A stretch of DNA of 48,443 nt from Candidatus Saccharimonadales bacterium (GCA_041906765.1 JAYRIP010000009.1:1-48443), one strand, 5' to 3'; positions 34,281-43,971 are shown, counted from the stretch's first letter. A program made the numbers and translations. Notes: generated by a model from the letters alone, not told the origin.

Positions 34281-35663
34281 ATGCCAGAAAAACATAAAAG
34301 TAAACTAAGTATATATCCGCAGGTATTAATTGGTAGCGTACTAAGCTCTACACTTCAAAAATTATATGGTGTTCAGTTTGATCTTAGGATGGTACGCCAA
34401 AATAGGAAAAAAAAGGTGGGAACACTTGATTTTATCGATTATGCAATCCCTTGTTTCGAGCTTGCGAGAGAGCTTAATATTAGTCCGGAAGTAATCGCTA
34501 AAAGACTGGCTGAGAGCGTCTCTAGCAGTAAAGATGAGTCAGACGTAGGTCAATATATTCGTGATTCATATATTGAGGCTGTAGATGGCTATTTAAACTT
34601 TCAACTTTCTGATAACTACCTTGCCAAATTGATATCGCAAGCTGCACAGTGGTTCAGCCTCCCTCAGTTAATTACTGCTTCTGTAAGACCTCAGGCTATG
34701 CTAGTGATTGGACCTACCATTTCTGAAACTGTCCAACCGTATGACACGATGTATCAAGCTCTTTTCTGTGCTGATGCAATGTATAAATTACTAGGTAAGG
34801 AAGTTCCGAAATATTGTCTTCTACGTGATTACTCTGAAGATACCCTTGATATACTTACCGGGTTGCTGGAAGCGATCGATAATTCAAAACTTCCTGGAGT
34901 ATATCCTAATTCTAGGACGTTTGAATTTACGCGCCAAACAAAATCCTTTATGACAAAATCAGGAGAAAATCCGGAGAACGAAAAAGTAACGAAATTATAC
35001 GGGGAAAAGCGAAATGACTGGCTGAAACTACATAAGAAATCGTTGAGTTTCTTGGATCAACCGGAGAATAGGGTCTTGTTTGAATCATCATTGGCATATC
35101 AGGTCAATGGTTTCATTGATGAACTATCTGACAATAGATTGAAAGGTATCATCCACGATGCAGAGACTGGAGCTGTATATTATATAACTCCCGGTAATGA
35201 AGCGCTTGCTCTTAGGTCTGCAGGCGGATTGTTATATAGCTTTGCTTACTTATTGTTTGCTCTCGAAGCCATACTAGGAGTGATAGAAGAAAAAAGAAAT
35301 GGTGAAGTCCTAATAATTGTCCCACAGAAACTTCACCCAATTATTTACCAGTATTTCGCTATGTTAAAGGAATATAAAAGCTTATCATCAACGATCATTT
35401 GTTTTGATCCTGCAGTCTCACAAGCTGACATAGTTGAAATAAACCGAAGTATCCCTAGATTAATGGAGCACTTTACTAATCTATCGACCGTCCTTAAGGA
35501 CGTAATGGCAAGCGATCTGGATCATTATAAGGCGCGACAAAATGTATTGTCATTAATTGACTTACCTTCTGAACTCAGCAGCTATATTGCTGGTGGGAAT
35601 TTGGCGGCACTTTTTGATGCCTTAAATCACTCTGCGTTAGCAGCTAATGAACTTAGTCGCTAA
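34281..35663 (+). CDS. arginyl-tRNA synthetase-like paralogue lacking the HIGH motif
   Basis: The N-terminus resembles the ArgRS add-on domain (DFIDYAIPCFELARELNISPEVIAKRLAE). In the Rossmann entry strand VIGPTISETVQPYDTMYQALFCADAMYKLLG, the expected S.NP.GPLH.GH is replaced. Start trimmed past the terminator hairpin. Confidence 0.5.
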   Translation: MPEKHKSKLSIYPQVLIGSVLSSTLQKLYGVQFDLRMVRQNRKKKVGTLDFIDYAIPCFELARELNISPEVIAKRLAESVSSSKDESDVGQYIRDSYIEAVDGYLNFQLSDNYLAKLISQAAQWFSLPQLITASVRPQAMLVIGPTISETVQPYDTMYQALFCADAMYKLLGKEVPKYCLLRDYSEDTLDILTGLLEAIDNSKLPGVYPNSRTFEFTRQTKSFMTKSGENPENEKVTKLYGEKRNDWLKLHKKSLSFLDQPENRVLFESSLAYQVNGFIDELSDNRLKGIIHDAETGAVYYITPGNEALALRSAGGLLYSFAYLLFALEAILGVIEEKRNGEVLIIVPQKLHPIIYQYFAMLKEYKSLSSTIICFDPAVSQADIVEINRSIPRLMEHFTNLSTVLKDVMASDLDHYKARQNVLSLIDLPSELSSYIAGGNLAALFDALNHSALAANELSR

Positions 35664-36858
35664 AAAAGACATGGATATCTCTACTAATGAGGATAGGATG
35701 CACAATTTTTTGATCACCGTATAACAAGAAATTGGCCTTAGAACCAAAGCCACCGTATTCATCGTTGCCATGTTCAACATCATTGACTATTTTATTCCGA
35801 ATGATTTTTACGAAGTCTAATTTATTCTCGATTGCAGAGTTGCTTCCAAAAATACTCGCATACATCCCTCGGTCAACAAAATTAGATTCGGTCAGTGCTT
35901 CACTCAATTCTTCTTCGTTATTGTACTCGAGGATGTAAAAAATTGGCGCGAAAAATTCATGGTAATCTTTGCCTCTTTCCGATATTTTTTTGCGTATGAT
36001 GGTGGGGTGGACGAGACGTTGTTTCTGATCTATCTTACCTCCGTAAATAATGTGACTTTTTTCTTTATCTAACCATTTTTGTAGTTCTGCTATGTAGGAT
36101 TCTTTAACTGTGGGTCCAATAAGACACGCAGGATCAGTAGTGGCACCTACTTTAATACTGGAAAGCAACCGTTTTAGTTCAGCTGTAAAATCGTTCGAAA
36201 TTTCGGTAGGGACAAAAAATGCATCTGGTCCGGCACAATCCTGACCGCTGTTAAAGCATCGCATCTCAATGGCCTTTTTAGCAGCTAGACGCACATTCGC
36301 ATTTTTAAATAATAAGAAGGGATTAATGCCACTGCCGTTATATACCAAAAGCGTATGTGGACATTGTCTGTGTATATCTAAAGCGTTTTGGTATTTACCT
36401 GTAAATATGATGACATCAGACTCCGTGGCATATAAATCCATAAATATATTGCGGGGTGATTCTTTTAGGGAGATGTTTGGAAAACGTTCTTCTATCTTGA
36501 GCATTTTCCAGAGTTTGTTTAGAATTTCACGCATTACTTCTGGTGGACGTATGAAAATGTGATCTGCAAATACACTTGGAGCGATACCAAATAGCACTAG
36601 TGAATACAGGGGCAAATTCATAGGAAAGAAAGTGGCAAATGTCAATCCAGAGGCCTGGTTCTTGATACTGCTTAACTCCTTGCGCATACCTTGGAGTGTA
36701 TCAATAGACCGATCCAATTCATCTCTAGCTGTCTCGTAGGTTTCGTAGTTTACCAGTAATTTAATAACCTGTTCTGAATGTGTGGTTAGTTCTCTCGATA
36801 AGTCAGAACAACTGAGAAGAAACTGCTCTGATTTGGTGTCAGTAGTAACTAAGGGCAT
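35653..36858 (-). CDS. short aldehyde dehydrogenase-superfamily protein
   Basis: Catalytic Cys motif FNSGQDCAGPD. The YNGSGINP segment aligns to ELGGKNP, with Asn replacing the general-base Glu. Confidence 0.6.
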   Translation of the reverse strand: MPLVTTDTKSEQFLLSCSDLSRELTTHSEQVIKLLVNYETYETARDELDRSIDTLQGMRKELSSIKNQASGLTFATFFPMNLPLYSLVLFGIAPSVFADHIFIRPPEVMREILNKLWKMLKIEERFPNISLKESPRNIFMDLYATESDVIIFTGKYQNALDIHRQCPHTLLVYNGSGINPFLLFKNANVRLAAKKAIEMRCFNSGQDCAGPDAFFVPTEISNDFTAELKRLLSSIKVGATTDPACLIGPTVKESYIAELQKWLDKEKSHIIYGGKIDQKQRLVHPTIIRKKISERGKDYHEFFAPIFYILEYNNEEELSEALTESNFVDRGMYASIFGSNSAIENKLDFVKIIRNKIVNDVEHGNDEYGGFGSKANFLLYGDQKIVHPILISRDIHVFFSD

Positions 36859-37001
36859 AAGGACTCTTCTTATTGCTTAGTAATAACTATTATGTTATAA
36901 TAATACATGTTATACACTGCTGTGTACTTAGTTAATTCTACAATATATCTGTTGAGATTACATTTAAAAGAAGATATCGAAGAAGCATAGGAGTTACTGG
37001 C

Positions 37002-37715
37002 GTGCCAGAAAGCAACTACGAACCAAGACATCTTAGGCCAGAAGGAAACTCTGCTCTACCTATGGGTTGTGGGGAGGTATCCCCGGAGAACCAAAGTTGG
37101 CTTAAAAGGGCGCTCCATGTGGGCAAGCGTGGGGTTGAAGCTGCAGTTATTGTGGCAGAGGTAACTCCTGCCAACGAAGCTATTCGCGTTGCAGCATTCG
37201 CAACTGCGCAAGCAATTTCAGGTGATCCGGTTACTGGTGCTCTCGCTTACGGTGGCTCTACATTTATTATTGAAGGTGCTGCAGCAGTAGCAGCCGGTGA
37301 TTATCTCGCCACAAGGTCTAAGGATCCTATAGTGAAAGATGGGCTTATGAGGAAAGCTATTGATTGGACCGATGACAAAGTAGACAGGATTATACCTCGC
37401 GATGGGCAGATGTCCTTGGCTGCGCAAGGTGCCACTGCTTTTCTGGGTGGGTCTGCGGTGTTAATGTGGGCTCATGATCGGCAGAACCCTGGACTTACGC
37501 GAGGGGAGCAGATTCGCTACGGTCTGTCTATGTCTGGTGTCATGGCTGGTATTTGTGCAGTTCAAGGGGCACTGGTGGCAGAAGGTATCAGTTCACCCTC
37601 ACCTAGGTCAATAGGGATTGCTTTACTGGGTGTCGCAGGGATACCTGCTGCAGCAAGTTGGATGAAGAAACATTTTACTAAGGGTGGAGGAAAAATCGAT
37701 GAAGGAAATGAGTAA
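37002..37715 (+). CDS. Gly/Ala-rich multi-TM membrane protein, hypothetical
   Basis: RBS AGGAG lies 8 nt upstream of the GTG. Several hydrophobic helices. Confidence 0.6.
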   Translation: MPESNYEPRHLRPEGNSALPMGCGEVSPENQSWLKRALHVGKRGVEAAVIVAEVTPANEAIRVAAFATAQAISGDPVTGALAYGGSTFIIEGAAAVAAGDYLATRSKDPIVKDGLMRKAIDWTDDKVDRIIPRDGQMSLAAQGATAFLGGSAVLMWAHDRQNPGLTRGEQIRYGLSMSGVMAGICAVQGALVAEGISSPSPRSIGIALLGVAGIPAAASWMKKHFTKGGGKIDEGNE

Positions 37716-38841
37716 TCAAGAGATCGCTTCGGCTGAACTTGCGAGAAGCTATGAGCTTTATAGTTCACTATTTGAGGGCATAAATTCTGAATTTCCACAG
37801 CACCAAGGCTTTTTTGAGGAAGAATTTAAACGGGCCTTACATAATCCAAGTGTCATAAAAACTACTGTACAGTCGCTTGGTGAAACATGCCTCTTGCCTC
37901 AAATAGAGCCGATTAATTCCTTTGAATGGCTCAATGAAGATTATTATAAAAGACGTTACCCAGATGAACATAAGAAGGGTCGGCTTTTACATTTTACAGA
38001 TATACCAAGTATTGAGCCGGGGGAAGCAGTGAAAGATTCCCTACTGAATTTAGCAGCAGAAAAGGGCGTACTGGTGTTTGATTATCCATCTGTTGATCAA
38101 ACTTATCCTGAGCGAGTCACCACTCTTTTGAACAATATAGGAATAACGTGTGGAGAGATCGAACTCCTTGGTACTCAGACGTATCATGCTGGCCAAGTTT
38201 ACCTGAAGCGTGTTGCTCCGTTTGATAAGCCACTCGATACTATAGAAGCCTTTAAAAGGCTCGATTCAACAGGTGAATTTGATGCTGCCAGTTATGTAAA
38301 TGGAGCATCGGTACACGAGGAAGTTGCAGGTGAAGAAGCCGACAATATGTATAGGGTTTATGAAAAAGCGTATGAAACTTTGAATGATCACCCCTGTAAG
38401 CAAGGGATTGATGCCGACGAATTTTTAGACATGGTTTCAAACGATAAAGCTATAGCTAAAGTTGTATACGCTGAAAATAATCAAATCGCTACACTTTGCC
38501 TCATTGCTACTGATCTAGGAAAATTGACTTGGGTCAACAGTGATTATTACAAGGATAACTTCGCTAACAAATATGACAAGGGCCAGGTCACCTGGTTTCC
38601 TGCGATAGCTACCGATCCCGAAAGAACTGGGGAGCGAAACGCTGCTAAAATCATTGAATTACTAACTCAATTGGCTGAAGTAGGAGGAAATGACTACGTA
38701 GTTGTTTTTGATACTCCTGATAAAAACGCTTTCCTTGCGGATTATCTAGGCTATCTTATTAATAGTTCAGATGAAGCAGGTATAGATTTTACAGTTTTAG
38801 GTGCACAGCAATATTGTGCTGCACGGCTTGGTCATCACTAA
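37699..38841 (+). CDS. hypothetical cytoplasmic protein (380 aa)
   Basis: RBS GGAGG lies 8 nt upstream of the ATG at 37699. Overlaps the upstream gene end. No motif recognised. Confidence 0.6.
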   Translation: MKEMSNQEIASAELARSYELYSSLFEGINSEFPQHQGFFEEEFKRALHNPSVIKTTVQSLGETCLLPQIEPINSFEWLNEDYYKRRYPDEHKKGRLLHFTDIPSIEPGEAVKDSLLNLAAEKGVLVFDYPSVDQTYPERVTTLLNNIGITCGEIELLGTQTYHAGQVYLKRVAPFDKPLDTIEAFKRLDSTGEFDAASYVNGASVHEEVAGEEADNMYRVYEKAYETLNDHPCKQGIDADEFLDMVSNDKAIAKVVYAENNQIATLCLIATDLGKLTWVNSDYYKDNFANKYDKGQVTWFPAIATDPERTGERNAAKIIELLTQLAEVGGNDYVVVFDTPDKNAFLADYLGYLINSSDEAGIDFTVLGAQQYCAARLGHH

Positions 38842-38907
38842 CATGCAATAGAAACAGCGTAGAACATTGCTCTGTTATAAGGTAAACTCATAACAGGTAT
38901 AGTTATT

Positions 38908-41079
38908 ATGCTTTTTCCGAATATTTTACTGGCAGTTTCAGCTACCGTAGTGTTGCTATTGGTATTGTTTGTCTTTGTAAGCAATCCCAAAAAACTCGAA
39001 AATCGAATACTAGCGCTGTTCTTGTCCAGTATATTCTTATGGTTGTTTGCTAATTTTCTCACTAATATTACCGCCAACCAAGGTCTTTCCCTCTTCTTTG
39101 CACGCACAACTCTCATAGGCCCAGTACTTTTAGCTTATAGTTTTCTTATATTCTGCCATGTCTTTACGAGAGTGAGTTATTTCAGCAAGAAGGAGGCGCT
39201 ACTACTTGCTATACCCCCCGTCCTGCTCCTTTTCACATTCCCTACAACCCTCAATATTGAAAGCGTAAAGTCTTATGGACGTGATACAGTCACTGGCCCA
39301 ATTTACATAGCTCTTATACCCATGCTCTTAGTCTATTTTATTTGGGGCTTCGTACTTTTACGGCGTAACCACAAGAGCACAAAAAATACTCTGAAAAAAG
39401 CTCAAATTCGATACATATTTTTTGGCGTTGGGGCTGCATTTATACCAAGCGTTATCATTAATGGTATTTTGCCAATTTTTGGCAACTTAACATTATCCCT
39501 GTATGGTCCAAACGCCATAGTGCTATTCGCTATTTTTATGAGTTTGGCAATCGTCAAACACCGTTTACTTGATATTAGATTGATAGTAGCAAGATCAGCA
39601 ACATACATTTTCACTATACTGATCGTTGGGTTCATCTACGGCTTCACGGCTTTTACGTTAATCGGGAACATTTTCTTTAAAGACAAGCCATACACAACTT
39701 TGCAACAGGTTGTAAACACGGTTTTGGCCATTATTTTAGTATTTACTTTTCCGGTAATTAAGCGATTTATAGATAGATTGTCGAATAAGTTCTTCTACCG
39801 TGACGCTTATGATGCTCAAACATTGTTGGATCATCTAAACCAAGTATTAGTATCAACGATTGATTTAAACGATCTGCTCAAAAGTACGGCACAAATTCTA
39901 GATAGTGAATTCAAGGTTAGATTTAGCATTTTTCAGATAAATGAAAAAAATGGCACAAAACCTCGGCTTATTGGATACAACAAAGATAAAACCATAATAA
40001 ACGATTCGCAAATACTGACAGGATTTGAAAAGTATATGAAGGGTAGGATTGCAATTGCTGACGAATTGCAAGAAGGGGAGCCACTTCATGAAATGATGCG
40101 TGAAAATGATATAGCAATAATTATTAGATTGGGTACCACAGGTGTACATCAAGCTGCGATCGGTTACTTAGTCTTAGGAGATAAGCAGAATGGTAGCCCC
40201 TATGACACGCAAGATCTAAGGGTTTTAGAGATCATCACTAATGAACTTGTCATTGCTATCCAGAATGCTTTGCGGTTTGAAGAGATTCAACAGTTCAACA
40301 TTACCCTGCAGCAGAAGGTGGATGAGGCGACGCGGCAACTCCGTAAGACCAACGAAAAGCTCAAAGAACTGGATGAAACTAAGGATGAGTTTATCAGCAT
40401 GGCATCCCATCAGTTACGCACACCTCTAACCAGCATGAAGGGCTATGTAAGCATGGTGCTGGAGGGTGACACTGGCCGAATTACCCCCAAACAGCGGCAA
40501 ATGCTTGACCAGGCTTTCGCCAGTGCTCAGCGTATGGTGTATTTGATCGCTGACCTACTCAATGTCTCACGCCTGCGCACGGGTAAATTTGTCATTGAAA
40601 ACAAACCCACCCAACTAATAGACGTTGTTAGTTCTGAAATGGAGCAACTCACAGGGGCGGCACGGGCCAAAAACCTTGAACTGGCCTTCGATAAGCCTAA
40701 GAGTCTGCCCGCTTTGAACCTGGATGAAACCAAAATACGTCAGGTAGTGATGAACTTTATCGACAACGCCCTTTATTACACACCGGTAGGCGGCCGCATC
40801 CAGGTAAAGTTAACTGATCAGAACGGCAGTGTAGAGTTTACTGTCACTGATGACGGATTAGGGGTGCCAAAATCCGAGCAGCATCACTTATTTACCAAGT
40901 TCTATCGAGCTGGAAATGCCCGCAAGGCTCGCCCAGACGGCACGGGTCTGGGGCTGTTTATGGCCAAGAAAGTCATTGTGGCCCAAGGTGGAGCAATTAT
41001 CTTTTCAAGTACAGAGGGCAAAGGGAGCACCTTTGGCTTTACGCTGCCCAAGACTAAATTAGCTGCACCTACCACGTAG
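38908..41079 (+). CDS. sensor histidine kinase: about 7-TM N-terminal domain, GAF-like domain, HisKA, HATPase_c
   Basis: H-box FISMASHQLRTPLTSM, N-box NFIDNALYYT, G-boxes DDGLGV and GTGLGLFMAK. Seven hydrophobic helices in the first ~270 aa. Confidence 0.9.
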   Translation: MLFPNILLAVSATVVLLLVLFVFVSNPKKLENRILALFLSSIFLWLFANFLTNITANQGLSLFFARTTLIGPVLLAYSFLIFCHVFTRVSYFSKKEALLLAIPPVLLLFTFPTTLNIESVKSYGRDTVTGPIYIALIPMLLVYFIWGFVLLRRNHKSTKNTLKKAQIRYIFFGVGAAFIPSVIINGILPIFGNLTLSLYGPNAIVLFAIFMSLAIVKHRLLDIRLIVARSATYIFTILIVGFIYGFTAFTLIGNIFFKDKPYTTLQQVVNTVLAIILVFTFPVIKRFIDRLSNKFFYRDAYDAQTLLDHLNQVLVSTIDLNDLLKSTAQILDSEFKVRFSIFQINEKNGTKPRLIGYNKDKTIINDSQILTGFEKYMKGRIAIADELQEGEPLHEMMRENDIAIIIRLGTTGVHQAAIGYLVLGDKQNGSPYDTQDLRVLEIITNELVIAIQNALRFEEIQQFNITLQQKVDEATRQLRKTNEKLKELDETKDEFISMASHQLRTPLTSMKGYVSMVLEGDTGRITPKQRQMLDQAFASAQRMVYLIADLLNVSRLRTGKFVIENKPTQLIDVVSSEMEQLTGAARAKNLELAFDKPKSLPALNLDETKIRQVVMNFIDNALYYTPVGGRIQVKLTDQNGSVEFTVTDDGLGVPKSEQHHLFTKFYRAGNARKARPDGTGLGLFMAKKVIVAQGGAIIFSSTEGKGSTFGFTLPKTKLAAPTT

Positions 41080-41247
41080 TAGTTATTATCTGATCTTATA
41101 GGAGTAAGGTGAAAATCTTCGCTGCAATTTGCTGCGAAGCATGAGTATTATTGCATTTGCAGGCACAATTTCGTGAGGGTTTTTGAACACGGGGAAACAC
41201 AAGCCTAAACAATATGCTTGTGCTAATCCAAAATTATTACATAAGGC

Positions 41248-41276
41248 TTGACATAAAGTAGTGCTTGTGGTAAAGT
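41248..41276 (+). promoter_or_regulatory. sigma70-like promoter
   Basis: TTGACA (41248-41253), 17-nt spacer, TAAAGT (41271-41276), about 100 nt upstream of the ATG at 41377. Confidence 0.45.
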
Positions 41277-41376
41277 TAAGCACGATAACCCAAGATAGAG
41301 GTGGGCTATCCCCTAAAGAGGAAATTAAGCAATTAAGCCAGCTACTGGCAGTTGCATAAGGAGAGACATAATAATT

Positions 41377-42675
41377 ATGGAACGACCACTTATTATTCCA
41401 TCGGGACAAGAAAGTAATATACCCCAGTTACCCTCTCAATATGAGGAAACCACATGGGCCAATGCCGTAACTGCTCCCATGTCTGACAACAATGCCTCAG
41501 AAGCTTATGCGTCGCAACCCTCCAATGAGAGCGAGCAAAAGCCAAGTTGGATTAAGACCCGTAAGGGTATAGCTACTCTTGGGCTGATTACTTTAGGTGC
41601 TGGAACTGCCGGTGCTGTTGGTTACAACAACTTGTCTGAATCTGACTCTCAACGTGAGAACAGTAGTGCTGTTGTTGTAGAAGTAAACGATTATAAAGTT
41701 GAAGTTTGCCCGGAGGGAATGTTTCCTCATGGTCCGCTCGAGTCTAGTTCTAAAGCTTTTGGCGATGACCTAAATGAGCGCCCAGATAGCAACCTCGATA
41801 CTGCTCTACACGCTGTTAATTATCTGTTTGCAGGTCCAGAAGGTGACAAGGTAAGAGGTGTAGCCTGTGAAAATGCACCAACATTAGCTGCATTTACCGC
41901 TGTATACAACGATATTCTGGGCGGTGGATCAGGTGGACGTGGTTTTCGATCTACCAATATACCGGAGTTGCAAGCTCAATTTGCAGCAGATAAACCTGCC
42001 TCCAAACAAGCAGCCGACATCTTGGCTAAAGCTTGGGCAAGGGCAGAAGACAACAAAGACTTAATAGAAGGTCCTATGTTTAGGTTTGCTGGTAAGAATA
42101 TCAAAGTTATGGGTCCAGATGGCAATTTGATTTTACAGAACACGGAAGTTGAGCTAGTGCAAGAAGCAGTTAAGTTTCCTGCAGGTAGCGTTTTGGTACT
42201 CGAATGGAGCAAGATAGTAGGAGACAAAGATCCCAATAACGTTAACCAAGATCAAGTTGTAGTGCTAGAAAAGAGTACTGGACGCTTGTATGTCCTTAAG
42301 GCAGTTGGCGCGCCTATTCGTCAACCAGAACAACAGCCTCTACCAGAGCAAATTCCCCTACCTCAGCCTCAGGCTGAAGCCCAAGGTCAAGAAGAGCAGG
42401 GCCAGGGTGCGCAAGGCAAGAGTGGTGGCGGTGGATCAGGCGTTCACAAGGGCAAGGGCGGCGGTAAAGGCGGCACGTCCGGCGGTGGCTGCGGTGGAAC
42501 CTGCGGTCAAGGTAGCGGAGGCGGCCAAGGTGGTGGTGGTCAGCCCTCAGGCGGCGGCCAACCATCTGGTGGTGGAAATCAAGGTGGCGGCGGAAACCAC
42601 GGCGGTGGTGGTGGCGGCGGTCTCCCACCCAAAGATAACCCAGGACCATTACCTAAACCTCCAGCAGGCTATTAA
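41377..42675 (+). CDS. type II membrane-anchored protein with a Gly-rich C-terminal tail
   Basis: RBS AAGGAG, one TM helix (IATLGLITLGAGTAGAVG), and a tail GGGGSG...GGGQPSGGGQPSGGGNQGGGGNHGGGGGGG. Confidence 0.75.
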   Translation: MERPLIIPSGQESNIPQLPSQYEETTWANAVTAPMSDNNASEAYASQPSNESEQKPSWIKTRKGIATLGLITLGAGTAGAVGYNNLSESDSQRENSSAVVVEVNDYKVEVCPEGMFPHGPLESSSKAFGDDLNERPDSNLDTALHAVNYLFAGPEGDKVRGVACENAPTLAAFTAVYNDILGGGSGGRGFRSTNIPELQAQFAADKPASKQAADILAKAWARAEDNKDLIEGPMFRFAGKNIKVMGPDGNLILQNTEVELVQEAVKFPAGSVLVLEWSKIVGDKDPNNVNQDQVVVLEKSTGRLYVLKAVGAPIRQPEQQPLPEQIPLPQPQAEAQGQEEQGQGAQGKSGGGGSGVHKGKGGGKGGTSGGGCGGTCGQGSGGGQGGGGQPSGGGQPSGGGNQGGGGNHGGGGGGGLPPKDNPGPLPKPPAGY

Positions 42676-42703
42676 GGAATCGAAGGAATAAGGAGTAAAT
42701 ATA

Positions 42704-43828
42704 ATGCGTAAATTCAACCGAATCGTAACTGGCCTGAGCGCCGCGCTGCTAACCTTGGCAATCAGCCTTGTCTTGTTCGGCGGCCAGAGCCATGCAATTG
42801 CCTGGGATCCAAATTCTCCCGGCCTTGACCATCCTGGCTTTAACGTCTTTACTGGCGTGCCTGATGTTGGCAACGAAGCTGACTTCGTCCGTGGTCGTGT
42901 AACCGGTACCACAAACGACTTCACTGACCCGGTAAGTGCAAACTGTACAAACGGTACCCAATTTAGCGTCCGGGTATATGTACACAACGGTGCGAACCAA
43001 ACCCTTAACAATGGTGGTAACGGTCCAGCTGTTGCTAAGAACACGAAAGTAAAAGTTGATGTTCCATCATTAACAAGCAGCCAAATTCGAGGCACAATTT
43101 CTGCAAGCAATGCAGCTAGTGTCAGCGACACATTGTCTCTCATCTGTAATGGTAAAGTCATGGAATTGTCTTACGTAGGGGGTTCTGCCGTACAGCAAAA
43201 GATGGACGGCACAACAGCAGCGTTGAGTGACTCAATTGTCACGACTGGTGCGCCTATAGGTACAAATGCACCTGACGGCAACATGTGGGGATGTTTTGCT
43301 CAGAGGATAGTCGTATACCTAAAGGTTCAAGTAAAAGAAAAGCCAACTCCTCCACCTCCTGTACAAGTGTTGAAGTGTGAAAGCTTGAATGTCGTGCACA
43401 TCGAAAACCGTAAATTCCGTTTTACTGCCAAAGGTAACGTCCAAAACGGCGCAACTATCAGCGGCTATATCTATAACTTTGGCGATGGTTCATCTGATAC
43501 GCACAACTCTAGCGCAACTAGCGATGTGATTGACCACACTTACGCGAATGCTGGCAACTACACTGCTATGGTAAGCGTAAGAGGTCGTGTAAACGGCCAA
43601 GACCAGACTGTAACCAGTGACCATTGTAAAGTAAAGATAAGTATTCCTGAGAAGCCGGTGGTACCTCCAACAGTTACTCCTGTAACTCCTACTCCAGTTA
43701 CCCCTGCATCTACTAATAGCTTGCCAAACACTGGAGCAGAGGGTCTGTTCGGCCTCTTTGCAGGAACAAGTGCGATTGGTACGGTAGTACACCGTATCGT
43801 TAGCCGACGCTTCTACGGCAAAGTATAA
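42704..43828 (+). CDS. LPXTG-anchored surface protein with a PKD-like domain
   Basis: RBS AAGGAG, signal peptide, PKD signature YNFGDGS....H.Y...G.Y.....V, and C-terminal LPNTG followed by a hydrophobic helix and RR. Confidence 0.85.
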   Translation: MRKFNRIVTGLSAALLTLAISLVLFGGQSHAIAWDPNSPGLDHPGFNVFTGVPDVGNEADFVRGRVTGTTNDFTDPVSANCTNGTQFSVRVYVHNGANQTLNNGGNGPAVAKNTKVKVDVPSLTSSQIRGTISASNAASVSDTLSLICNGKVMELSYVGGSAVQQKMDGTTAALSDSIVTTGAPIGTNAPDGNMWGCFAQRIVVYLKVQVKEKPTPPPPVQVLKCESLNVVHIENRKFRFTAKGNVQNGATISGYIYNFGDGSSDTHNSSATSDVIDHTYANAGNYTAMVSVRGRVNGQDQTVTSDHCKVKISIPEKPVVPPTVTPVTPTPVTPASTNSLPNTGAEGLFGLFAGTSAIGTVVHRIVSRRFYGKV

Positions 43829-43929
43829 ATACGGAAACATCCAAAAAGCAGATCTGGCGTAATCGGTCAGAATATGCTACGATTAACTTGATAGCATGAG
43901 CATAGACTGACCGCTCACCAGACTCTTAA

Positions 43930-43961
43930 AAGAAATCCCTTGTATGAGGGATTTCTTTTTT
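43930..43961 (+). terminator. rho-independent terminator
   Basis: AAGAAATCCCT-TGTATG-AGGGATTTCTT followed by TTTT. Confidence 0.8.
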
Positions 43962-43971
43962 ACCCCTGTTA

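Noticed and set aside
41086-41409. 107-aa minus-strand ORF
   Set aside because: It lies over the promoter, 5' UTR and RBS of the 41377 gene. It has no RBS and an implausible composition.
42290-43161. ORFs 42290-42691 (+), 42314-42649 (-) and 42649-43161 (-)
   Set aside because: These are alternative-frame or antisense readings of the Gly-rich microsatellite-like tract and of the LPXTG/PKD gene.
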